Source: an uncultured Planctomycetaceae bacterium
GTDB lineage: Bacteria; Planctomycetota; Phycisphaerae; UBA1845; UTPLA1
Assembly (NCBI GenBank): GCA_964581285.1
Contig: CAZONT010000001.1
Location: 1,450 to 59,909 of the forward strand
Direction: 5' to 3'
DNA length: 58,460 bases
The notes under the pieces were generated by a model. That model saw nothing but the letters and a program-made list of their open reading frames with translations. It did not search any database and was not told the DNA's origin. This document shows positions 16,863-25,122 of this stretch, in pieces. Numbering within the stretch: position 1 is the first letter of the stretch; each line of letters starts with the position of its first letter. The position numbers were made by a program, and so were the translations under genes.

Positions 16863-17044
16863 GGAGTGTCTTCGCGAAACGTCGGCGGACAAGCTCAGCC
16901 ACGCGGCGAAGCTCGGCCGGTCATGCGAGTATCGAGACAGCGCCGCGAAGCGTCAAGACGTGGGGCGGACTTCGATCGATGTCGGGCGGCGTCGGCGGGC
17001 GTTAAGCTACTGCGCAGCTCGGGGGGCTACGAACGGAGTAACAG

Positions 17045-17197
17045 ATGGATACGCTTCTGACGGTGGTCAACGCGATCTGTGAGGGGACGTCCGAGGCGGT
17101 CGGCGCGATTCCCGTCTATGGGCCGATCTTTTCGCAGTATGTCCAGTGGTTGTGTTTCTTCCTGCTGTCATTCCTCGGCGCGAATGCGCAAGTCTGA
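17045..17197 (+). CDS. Candidate 50-aa small hydrophobic protein (not in ORF track)
   Basis: ATG preceded by GGAG at -10..-7. MDTLLTVVNAICEGTSEAVGAIPVYGPIFSQYVQWLCFFLLSFLGANAQV. GC3 high like neighbouring genes. It fits the gap between wzm and the RluA-like gene. Confidence 0.35.
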   Translation: MDTLLTVVNAICEGTSEAVGAIPVYGPIFSQYVQWLCFFLLSFLGANAQV

Positions 17198-17226
17198 TGA
17201 CCCGCGGCCGGCCGGCAGGCAGAATG

Positions 17227-18069
17227 TCACGCTCGCGGGGGCGGGAGGCGTCCGTACTTTCCGAGTTGCTGAATCGTCGCGCGGAAGTCGCGCGGCGGTT
17301 CGGCCTGGAACTGGAGAGGAATGCCCGTCGCCGGGTGCAGCAGTTCGATGCTCGCGACGTGGAGACTCAGGCGGGCCAGGAGGGGATTCTCGACGCCGCG
17401 GCGATTGGGGCGATAGCCGGCCTTGAATGAAGAGAGCATCAGCTCGCGACCTCCGCCGTAGAGGTCGTCGACTGCCAGCGGCATGCCGATCGCCTGGAGG
17501 TGGGCGCGGAGTTGGTGACGAAGGATCGGCCGGGCGACGCATTCGATGACGGCGTGGCCGGCAAAGGCCTCGACCAGTCGCCAGTCGGTTCGGGACGGTT
17601 CGCCCCGTTCCGTATCAATGCGGACACGTCCCCATGGCTGGCGGGGAATTCGGAGGGGTTGCTCGATGCTGCCGGAGGCGGCGGGCAGCGTCGCACGGAC
17701 GATGGCGAGCCAGCGCACGGTCATGCGCCCATCGCGAATCTGCTCCTGCAGGGCCGGGACCCAGCGGTCGCGACGGACGATGGCGACGAGACCGCTTGCA
17801 CCATCGTCGACGGGAAAGACAACCGCGGCGGGCGGCTCCAACTCGAGCTGTTCAAGCAGACCGGGCTCCACGTCGTCGGATCGCAGGGAGAGCCGGGCCG
17901 GCTTGTCGACGATTAAAAGTTCGTCGTCGGCGAAAACCTGGCGGAGTGCGATGGGTCGAGGTCCGACGCGCGGGCCTTCGAGAACGGCGGGCGCTCCGTC
18001 CAGGTCGGACGGGGTCAGCTCCTCGATGATTTCGTCTCCATCTTCGTCGAATGAACGACGCCGACCCAT
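17227..18069 (-). CDS. RluA-family pseudouridine synthase-like protein (divergent catalytic motif, no S4 domain)
   Basis: LLIVDKPARLSL, ..VVFPVDDGASGLVAIV.. (canonical HRLDxxTSG position) and ..RPILRHQLRAHLQAIGMPLAVDDLYGG.. align with RluA motifs. Confidence 0.65.
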   Translation of the reverse strand: MGRRRSFDEDGDEIIEELTPSDLDGAPAVLEGPRVGPRPIALRQVFADDELLIVDKPARLSLRSDDVEPGLLEQLELEPPAAVVFPVDDGASGLVAIVRRDRWVPALQEQIRDGRMTVRWLAIVRATLPAASGSIEQPLRIPRQPWGRVRIDTERGEPSRTDWRLVEAFAGHAVIECVARPILRHQLRAHLQAIGMPLAVDDLYGGGRELMLSSFKAGYRPNRRGVENPLLARLSLHVASIELLHPATGIPLQFQAEPPRDFRATIQQLGKYGRLPPPRA

Positions 18070-18101
18070 TTTCGCACCCTCGCAGTTCGTCGCGCTGCCG
18101 G

Positions 18102-19070
18102 CTATGGCAATGATCCAAGCAGATCGTCGCGCCCCGGCAGGCCGGCGACGATGTATACATCCAGCAGTTCGTTTGTCCTCACGGCCGGTTCGACCTCGAT
18201 TGAATAGACCAGCCGCTTTTTCGGGTCGTCGCCAATAGCGGTCACGCGACCGATCGTCATCGGGGCGGCGAGGCCCGGCGTGTCCGGGGCCGAGATGACA
18301 AGGTCACCCACGCGGATGCGATTGGGGTCCGGGATGGCGTCGCCCGTGGCGGCCACGAATCGTTGAGGAACGTCTTCGATGACCATCGTGCCGTGCCCGC
18401 GGCCGCGGAGGGTTGCGGGATAGTCGATGGTGTGGACGCGGCCGGATTCGATTCGGGCGACCCGGACGGCCGTACGGGCATCCAGATCGGACAGCAGGGC
18501 CATTCTCGCCATGTAGGGCTGCACGAACTCGATTCGCCCGATGAGGGCTTCGCGCGAGAGGACGTGAAAGCCGCGTTCGACGCCTTCGTAGCCGCCGGCC
18601 TCGACGAACATGCGAGAGACGACCCAATCCTGCCAGCGAACGCCGCGCGTGGCGCCACGCGACAGCAGGGCCGACTCGCGTGCCGCGACCACGTCCCTCG
18701 CCACGACGCGGGCCGGAATGAGCCGGATGCTCGGGACGATAAATTGATCGCGAAGGCCGCGGAGGTCGGCGTTCTCACGCCGGAGCCGGTCCAGCAAGCC
18801 GTTCTGAAATACGAGCTGGCGCTCCAGTTCGGCGATTTGCGTGGTCGGCGTCGCAGCATCCCCCGTCGGGAGCGCCGGAGCGATGCGGCTCATCGAGCGC
18901 AGCGTCTTTGCGCCGGCGGCCTGCATCACGGCCTGCGCGGGAACGAGAAGCTGGGTCAGGCCTTTCAGCCAGTCAGTCCAGCTACTCGGCGCGAGCAAGG
19001 CCGCGGCCGAGAGCACCATCAGGGCGGCGAAGACACGCGGCTTGTTGATCGCGGCGGTGAACCTCGGCAT
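18102..19070 (-). CDS. mreC: Rod-shape-determining protein MreC-like
   Basis: N-terminal anchor VFAALMVLSAAALLA, coiled coil IAELERQLVFQNGLLDRLRRENADLRGL, C-terminal ..GDLVISAPDTPGLAAPMTIGRV... ATG at 19070. Confidence 0.65.
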   Translation of the reverse strand: MPRFTAAINKPRVFAALMVLSAAALLAPSSWTDWLKGLTQLLVPAQAVMQAAGAKTLRSMSRIAPALPTGDAATPTTQIAELERQLVFQNGLLDRLRRENADLRGLRDQFIVPSIRLIPARVVARDVVAARESALLSRGATRGVRWQDWVVSRMFVEAGGYEGVERGFHVLSREALIGRIEFVQPYMARMALLSDLDARTAVRVARIESGRVHTIDYPATLRGRGHGTMVIEDVPQRFVAATGDAIPDPNRIRVGDLVISAPDTPGLAAPMTIGRVTAIGDDPKKRLVYSIEVEPAVRTNELLDVYIVAGLPGRDDLLGSLP

Positions 19071-19180
19071 GCAGCCATCGTATACCAATCGAGGGGCTGT
19101 TTCACTGAATCACGCTTCGTCGTATGGTATCGGCCGCGGCCCGACCGATGGCGTTGCGGGCCGTGACGGAAGAGACGCGG

Positions 19181-20413
19181 ATGGCCGAACTGATCGTCTT
19201 TGAGGACGCGGGCTGGCGGGATTTGCTGCCGCTGACCTACTGGCGCGGGGTGTTTGACCTGCGCTGCGGGGTTGACAGTCTGCTCGACAAGATCGAGCGC
19301 GCGAGCGGGGCGGGGGCGGAGTTGCGCGCGCGGCCGGAGCTGGCTGCGGTGCTGCGGGCGCGCCAGCCGCGGACGGTCAATTCGGTTGAGACGCTCAAGT
19401 CCTGCCTGTTCGTGAACGGGCGAGTGCTGCTTCGATCGGCGATCGACCTGCCGCTTGGAACCGCGGCTTGGCGCGGCGACACGCTTTTGGCGGCGCACGT
19501 GCAGTCGGCGTTTGCGAATAAGCTGACGGCCGAAGTAGTGATCGATAGGGCGAAGACGCGAGAGGTGCTGAAGGGCGTCGCTACGGAGCAGCTCCCGCCG
19601 GAGTCGTTCGAATTGATCGACTACCCATGGCAGCTCATCCAGCACAACGAGGGTGAACTGCGGCGGCAGCTGGCGGCGGTTCGGCCGCAACGGGTCGGCC
19701 GGGTCATGGATGGGGCTCATCTGATCAACGAGGGTGCGATCCACATTGGACACGGCGCGACGATCAAAGCCGGAGCGGTTCTTGATGCGGAAGGCGGGCC
19801 GGTTTTTGTCGCGGACAACGTGATGGTCTCGCCGAACGCGACGTTGCAGGGACCGTGTTTTGTCGGGCCGCACTCGCTGGTGCAGCCGGCGGCGATCATT
19901 CGCGAGTCGTGCAGCATCGGGGCGTGGTGCAAGGTCGGCGGCGAAATCGAGGGCACCATCTTTCACGGGTATTCGAACAAGCAACACCACGGATTTCTGG
20001 GGCATTCGTATGTCGGCGAGTGGGTGAACCTCGGGGCGGGGACGGTCAACAGCGACCTCAAGAACACGTACGGCAAAGTTCGCGTTGCGATCAACGGCCG
20101 GGCGATCGACACGGGGCAGATGTTTGTCGGGGCATTCATTGGCGATCATGCCAAGACGGGCATTAATGTTGTCCTACCGACCGGCTGCGTGATCGGATTT
20201 GGGGCGAATGTCTTCTTGAGTCGTCACGCGCCGAAGTTCGTGCCGTCTTTTGCCTGGCTGACTGACGAGCGGCAGGCGGAGTATGAGCCGCAACGCGCGT
20301 GGGCTGTCGCGCGGACCGTCATGGCGCGGCGGAAGGTGACGCCGTCGGCCGAAGATGAGGGGTTGTTCCTCGCCATCCCGGCGCTTGCCCGACGAATTGA
20401 GTCGATAGCGTAG
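19181..20413 (+). CDS. Putative sugar nucleotidyltransferase with C-terminal left-handed beta-helix (alternative GlmU-like)
   Basis: MAELIVFEDAGWRDLLPLTYWRGVFDLRCG N-terminus (NTP_transf_4-like). Hexapeptide repeats ..IGAWCKVGGEIEGTIFHGYSNKQHHGFLGHSYVGEWVNLGAGT... Confidence 0.7.
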   Translation: MAELIVFEDAGWRDLLPLTYWRGVFDLRCGVDSLLDKIERASGAGAELRARPELAAVLRARQPRTVNSVETLKSCLFVNGRVLLRSAIDLPLGTAAWRGDTLLAAHVQSAFANKLTAEVVIDRAKTREVLKGVATEQLPPESFELIDYPWQLIQHNEGELRRQLAAVRPQRVGRVMDGAHLINEGAIHIGHGATIKAGAVLDAEGGPVFVADNVMVSPNATLQGPCFVGPHSLVQPAAIIRESCSIGAWCKVGGEIEGTIFHGYSNKQHHGFLGHSYVGEWVNLGAGTVNSDLKNTYGKVRVAINGRAIDTGQMFVGAFIGDHAKTGINVVLPTGCVIGFGANVFLSRHAPKFVPSFAWLTDERQAEYEPQRAWAVARTVMARRKVTPSAEDEGLFLAIPALARRIESIA

Positions 20414-20418
20414 GGGTC

Positions 20419-21741
20419 CTACTCGCCGGTTGGCTCCGTGGGGTGCGGCGAAGACTGGTCCGACGCGGGGGCCGCATGCGGGGCCGGGGCCGGGTGAGGC
20501 GCGGGTGCGCCGCCGGATTCGGCGCCGCGCGAAGCCGACGCGACTGCCGGGCTGCCGCCGCCTTCCTTTACAAAAATGTAGTAGAGCTTGCCTTCGCTGT
20601 AGGTGAAGCCGGCCTGCTTTCCGGCTTCGTCGCCGACGCCGGTGAAGATGTCGCAGCGGCCGGCGGCGCGAATAGCGGAGCCGCGATCCTGGTCGAGGGC
20701 GAATCCGTTGTACTGGCGCGGATTCGAGCCGCCCTCGCCGGGCATGGAGGCGACCTGGATGAATGAGAGGCAGGCGCGGGGGAAGACGTCCTTGTCGGTT
20801 GCGATGCTGTAGGTGGGCGTCACCTTTTCGTTCAGGCACCCGAACGGCCCGCCGGGGGCCGGCTGGAAGAAGACGTACCGCGGATTGCGCCAGCAATAAG
20901 TGTCGATGTCTTCGGGGTGCTGGTGGAAGTACTCGATCATCGCATTGAGCGAGAGACTTTCCTTGGGAATCTTCCCGTCGGCGACGAGTTCCTTCGCGAT
21001 CGACTTGTACTCGTGGCCGTTGTTCGCGGCGTAGCCGATTTCGTAGATGCTGCGGTCGGCCATGCGAATCTGGCCGGAGCCCTGGACGGTGACGACGTAG
21101 GTCTGGAATCGATCGCCGAGCCAGACGAGTTCCTGGCCGGCCAGTCCGCCGCCGGATTCGATTTGCTCGCGTGTCTTCCACGGACCGCCGGCGGGATTTC
21201 CTTCGACGTCCTTGGCGAATCCCTTTGGCATTTTGTAGATCGGCGCGTTGAGAGTTGCAGTGCGGGTCTTGCTGCCGTCGAAAATGGGCGTGTAGTAGCC
21301 GGTGTAGAGGACGGTGCCGCGATCGTCGCAGCCGACCGACTGGTAGACGTCGAACTTGTCGCGGATGATCTGGTTCAGCTCTTCGGGGCTCTTGGCCTGG
21401 CTGAGCACTTCGCGGAAGAGGATCAGACTCGCGACGGCGCGGTCATGCGAGATGTCGCCGTAGGGGAAATAGCGCTGGGATGATTTCTTCGAAAGATAGT
21501 GGAGACTGCGGTCGATTGCTTCGCGCAGCTTGGTCGATTGCGAAGAGTAGAAGGCGGCGCCGAAGTCGGGGTACATCGAGGGATCGATCTTTCGCAGCGC
21601 CAGTGCGCCGGGCGGCAGGGGCTTGTCGTAATCCTTGCCGGCATCGGGCAGGGCGATCGGAATGGGCTCCGGTTTGGGGCAGCCGGCGATCAGTGCGACG
21701 AGCGCGAGTCCAGCAAATGTTCGGCGGTGAGCCTTCGACAT
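20419..21741 (-). CDS. mltA: Membrane-bound lytic murein transglycosylase A (MltA) lipoprotein with Pro/Ala/His-rich C-terminal tail
   Basis: Lipobox LALVALIAGC. MltA core ..YVVTVQGSGQIRMADRS.. and 3D domain ..FALDQDRGSAIRAAGRCDIFTGVGDEAG... ATG at 21741. Confidence 0.8.
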   Translation of the reverse strand: MSKAHRRTFAGLALVALIAGCPKPEPIPIALPDAGKDYDKPLPPGALALRKIDPSMYPDFGAAFYSSQSTKLREAIDRSLHYLSKKSSQRYFPYGDISHDRAVASLILFREVLSQAKSPEELNQIIRDKFDVYQSVGCDDRGTVLYTGYYTPIFDGSKTRTATLNAPIYKMPKGFAKDVEGNPAGGPWKTREQIESGGGLAGQELVWLGDRFQTYVVTVQGSGQIRMADRSIYEIGYAANNGHEYKSIAKELVADGKIPKESLSLNAMIEYFHQHPEDIDTYCWRNPRYVFFQPAPGGPFGCLNEKVTPTYSIATDKDVFPRACLSFIQVASMPGEGGSNPRQYNGFALDQDRGSAIRAAGRCDIFTGVGDEAGKQAGFTYSEGKLYYIFVKEGGGSPAVASASRGAESGGAPAPHPAPAPHAAPASDQSSPHPTEPTGE

Positions 21742-21819
21742 GATCCGACTCCTTTCGGATGACCCCGCGACGGACTCGTGAAGTGCGACGCGGGCTAACA
21801 ATCCTTTGGCGGGGAGTCT

Positions 21820-21862
21820 AACAAAAGAGCAGCGGCAGGCAACTCGGGTCACCTGCCGCTGC
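21820..21862 (-). terminator. Rho-independent terminator after the LTXXQ-protein gene
   Basis: Perfect 11-bp stem gcagcggcagg/cctgccgctgc (21829-21839 / 21852-21862) with a 12-nt loop, followed on the minus strand by UCUUUUGUU. Confidence 0.55.
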
Positions 21863-21899
21863 GGAAATGGCTTTGGTTTCCGGGAGGGATCCTGATCGT

Positions 21900-22532
21900 C
21901 TAGCCGCGACCGCCGCCGCCGCCCCCACGACCGCCCGGGCCGCCCCATTGCGGGGGCGTAATGCCGCGCTCCTTCATGCGTCCTTCGAGGGCCTGGCGGT
22001 AGGCCATGCGGCGAGCCCGCTCATCGGGGTTTCGCGACTCGGAGCGCGACTTGCGCTCTTCGCGGGAGGCATTGCCGCCTCCGAAGAGGTTGCGCATGCG
22101 TTCGCGAGCCTTTTCGCGGTCCTGCTCGGACATCTCGGTGCGGCGCTTCTCAAATTCCTTCATGCGCTCCTGCATTTCGTCGATTTCCTTGTCCAGAATT
22201 TCTTTCTTCTTTTCTGCGGAGGCCTTGAAGTACTCGTCCATTTCTTTGCGCTCGCGCTCCTCGCGCATCGCGCGCATGTTTTCCATGATCTGGCGGCGCT
22301 GATCGTCGGTGAGGTCTTCGCGCTCCATGACCTGTCGCATAGTCTCGAAACCGCGCTGCGGCGACTGGATTTCCTTGAGACTGGCGACCTGAAACTCCTT
22401 CGGAACTTCGACTTGTGGTTTCTCGGGTTCCGATTTCGACCGAGTCAGCCCCCAGACGGCCGCTCCGGCGCCGGTCATGCAGGCAACTGCGACAATGATC
22501 ATCTTTCGTGAACTCAAAAATGACGTTTCCAT
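21900..22532 (-). CDS. Secreted/anchored Lys/Glu-rich coiled-coil protein with LTXXQ motif (Spy/CpxP-like?)
   Basis: N-terminal hydrophobic segment IIVAVACMTGAGAAVWG. ..REDLTDDQRRQIMENMRAMREE... Gly/Arg tail. ATG at 22532. Confidence 0.5.
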   Translation of the reverse strand: METSFLSSRKMIIVAVACMTGAGAAVWGLTRSKSEPEKPQVEVPKEFQVASLKEIQSPQRGFETMRQVMEREDLTDDQRRQIMENMRAMREERERKEMDEYFKASAEKKKEILDKEIDEMQERMKEFEKRRTEMSEQDREKARERMRNLFGGGNASREERKSRSESRNPDERARRMAYRQALEGRMKERGITPPQWGGPGGRGGGGGGRG

Positions 22533-22545
22533 AGTTGGACCTCGC

Positions 22546-23136
22546 TCAGCGATTCTCAAAGTCGGTCACGTGACCGTCATAGTACAGGTATCGCCGGGCG
22601 CCTTCCTGGCCCGGGATGCCGTGGAAGTTGTTGTAGTCGCGCATGATCCAGATCGTCGATTCCTGGAGCTGGTCGCCGCTGCCCTGCTGGATGCGCTGCA
22701 CGACGTCTTTCATGGTTCGGCCGCCGAGGCGCGGCTGGGTTCGGTATTCGTAGCTGGATCGCTCGGACTCGAAGTAGCTCTTGCCGTTGTTTGGATCGTC
22801 GCGCGGCTCGCCGCCGAGGTCGTCGGGGCACTTGAAGGCCTTCTCATTCCCGACATGGTTTGCGAGGACGTCGGAGATGTAGATCGGCTCGGTGACATCG
22901 TCGACCGGCGCCGTTCCCATCGAGGGCATGAAGGAGGCGTAGGGGAAGATGTCGCCGCTGTCGCGCATGTAGGAGGAGAGTCCGAGTCCCATCTCGCGCA
23001 GATTGCTCGAACAGGCCGTGCGACGTGCGCGGGCCCGTGCGCCGGAGAGGGCGGGCATGAGAATGGCTACGAGCGATCCGATGATCGCCACGACCACCAG
23101 CAATTCGATCAGCGTGAAGCCGCGCTTGGCCGGCAT
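22546..23136 (-). CDS. DUF1559 / prepilin-type N-terminal cleavage-methylation domain protein (pseudopilin-like)
   Basis: [33 protein letters not shown] at 23136 with GAGGG SD. A perfect TATAAT on the minus strand at 23173-23178. Confidence 0.8.
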   Translation of the reverse strand: MPAKRGFTLIELLVVVAIIGSLVAILMPALSGARARARRTACSSNLREMGLGLSSYMRDSGDIFPYASFMPSMGTAPVDDVTEPIYISDVLANHVGNEKAFKCPDDLGGEPRDDPNNGKSYFESERSSYEYRTQPRLGGRTMKDVVQRIQQGSGDQLQESTIWIMRDYNNFHGIPGQEGARRYLYYDGHVTDFENR

Positions 23137-23352
23137 AGAACCCTCATTGGATCGATCAGACGGGCGATCTGTATTATAACGGCCGAATCCCACTGCACTC
23201 ACAGCGGCGCCGACAGGATCTGCTTGAGAGTATACGTTCGCGACTCCAACCAGGCCGCACTTCGCTCGGTCTCGTGGCAATGGGGGATGGCGACGCCAAG
23301 GAGGCCCAACGACCGAGGTGGTGAAATATTGGGCTTGCGCCGGCGGAGAACA

Positions 23353-24855
23353 TCATCGCAGGCGGGGATCAGGGGGGCCGGCGGGCTTGGGGGCGGCGGC
23401 GGGGCCGGGACTACTGAGCGTTAAGTCTTTTCGAACAAATCGTTTATGAAGTTCGTTGTATTCCTTGTCGACGTCTGAAAAGGCCCGTTCTGCATCTGCG
23501 ACTTTTTGGCCGAATTGCTGCTCCAGCTTTTCTCGCCTGGTCGCCTTCAGCGTTGTCGGCCCGGCCACGATTTTTACGAGCCGTCCGGCCGCGGTGACGT
23601 AACTGTCGATGTGCGGGCCGAAGAGCCCCTCGCGCTCGCGCAAGCGGAAGAAGGCCTTGCCGGGTGTCGGCGTCTTGGTGGCCACCTGGCCCGTGAAGTC
23701 GACCGTCTCGACACGCAGTCCTCGAATCGCGTGGTCGAACTCGTGAAAGGCGAAGAGGCGTCGCTTTGCAAGGTCGCCGGCCATTTGCGGCAGCACGCGC
23801 AGCAGCGCGCGGGGCACGTAGGTTGGCGGCGCGGCGATCGGGTCGTTGGGCGTACTCGGCGCCGCGAGGCCGTAACGCTGCGAGGTGATGATCTGGCCGG
23901 ATTCCTTGGCGCCTTCCTCGATCGAGAGATTGATGTCGGCGCGGCGTCCGGAGACTGAAGGTGTGTAGATCAATGTTACGAATTTCCAGCGCTCGATGGA
24001 GAGATCATCAGTGACGAACATTTCGTTGAAGCTGCGGCGGATGACGCCGTTGGGCTCGAAAATCCAGCCCTGCTCGCGGACGCGCAGGCCTTCGAGCTTG
24101 AGATACTGGTCGCTGCCGTTGCGGCCCTTTCGGACGCCGGTGACGATCTCGCCGAACTCGCTGGCGATCTGTTCGAAGCCGATCAACTGATCGCCGCGAT
24201 AGACGCCGAACCAGGAGTCCTGCGGTTTGATGTCGCGGAGGTCCTTCGACGAGATCGAGTTCAACCAATCGGTGCCATCGAGGAGTGCGCGACGGATTTG
24301 AGCATCGCTTCGATCGGTTTCCAGCACCTGGAACGAATCGACCACGGCCTGGTAGAGCGGGAGCACCTTGTTGCCGACGACGTCGGGGCCTGAATAGACG
24401 ATGATGTAGTATTGTTTCGCCCGATTTTGGATGATCGTGGCGTAGAAGACCATTCGCTGTCCGTCGAGTTCGAATTTCGCGGAGAGGAAACCGCCCGGCT
24501 TGCCTGCGATCACGCGGGTGCCGGAGTCCTTGCCGATGACGGCGTTCTTGCGTTCGAGCATCAGCGCTTTGGACAACTCGTCGAGCGTGGCCTGAACGGA
24601 GAACGCCTCCAAGGTTCGACTGACTCGAACGCTGAACTCAAAGCTGACTCCCATTCCCATTTGCCGCGCCATTCGCAGGACGGTCAGGCCGACGCGCTGC
24701 GACTTGCGTTCGCGGGTGATCTGCCAGTTCTTCGGGGGGCGGATGCTGAAGCCGAAGGTGCCGTCGCGGTAGGGCTCGCCGAGCAAGGTCTCTGGATTAA
24801 TCGACTGAAAGGCCGGCGTTGCGGCCAGCCACAAGCTGAGGATCGAGGAAATCAT
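23353..24855 (-). CDS. Hypothetical secreted protein (500 aa)
   Basis: Short signal-like N-terminus MISSILSLWLAATPAFQ. N-terminal ..FGFSIRPPKNWQI.. resembles the PsbP/DcrB-like fold signature. High GC3. No family assigned. Confidence 0.55.
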   Translation of the reverse strand: MISSILSLWLAATPAFQSINPETLLGEPYRDGTFGFSIRPPKNWQITRERKSQRVGLTVLRMARQMGMGVSFEFSVRVSRTLEAFSVQATLDELSKALMLERKNAVIGKDSGTRVIAGKPGGFLSAKFELDGQRMVFYATIIQNRAKQYYIIVYSGPDVVGNKVLPLYQAVVDSFQVLETDRSDAQIRRALLDGTDWLNSISSKDLRDIKPQDSWFGVYRGDQLIGFEQIASEFGEIVTGVRKGRNGSDQYLKLEGLRVREQGWIFEPNGVIRRSFNEMFVTDDLSIERWKFVTLIYTPSVSGRRADINLSIEEGAKESGQIITSQRYGLAAPSTPNDPIAAPPTYVPRALLRVLPQMAGDLAKRRLFAFHEFDHAIRGLRVETVDFTGQVATKTPTPGKAFFRLREREGLFGPHIDSYVTAAGRLVKIVAGPTTLKATRREKLEQQFGQKVADAERAFSDVDKEYNELHKRFVRKDLTLSSPGPAAAPKPAGPPDPRLR

Positions 24856-25032
24856 CGAATGTAATTATCCTGCTTCGACTGCATGATCGCCAGAGGCATC
24901 GTCGGCGGAACCGGTTAGGACCGATCGGCCGCACAACTCACAGAACAGGCCGAGGGGCCGCGTGTTTGCCGCCTTTCGCTCCGGGCTGTGGTCGGTGACG
25001 GCGTCCGACCGCCGCGAAACGAGGCAGAATCC

Positions 25033-25061
25033 ATTGACAAAACAGCTCATGATTCCTAACC
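25033..25061 (+). promoter_or_regulatory. Candidate sigma70-type promoter for the SH3b-protein gene
   Basis: Perfect -35 TTGACA (25033-25038), 17-nt spacer, weak -10 TAACCT (25056-25061). GGAGAA SD 7 nt before the ATG at 25123. Confidence 0.3.
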
Positions 25062-25122
25062 TACGCGCGCGGGCGGAAACTCATCATCGCTTTGAGGAGC
25101 AATCTCGCGCGGAGAATGGAAC

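Noticed and set aside
19019-21181. Minus-strand ORFs 19019..20149 (376 aa) and 20174..21181 (335 aa).
   Set aside because: Arg/Pro-rich. They overlap the nucleotidyltransferase gene and, out of frame, mltA, both of which have clear motifs.
24865-25050. 61-aa minus-strand ORF (MSCFVNGFCLV...CELCGRS...) ending 9 nt upstream of the 500-aa secreted-protein gene. It has four Cys, suggesting a small zinc ribbon.
   Set aside because: AGGA lies only 2 nt from the ATG, GC3 is only about 68%, the middle is Arg-rich, and it overlaps the TTGACA promoter candidate. Kept as unlikely. Frame conservation in relatives would revive it.
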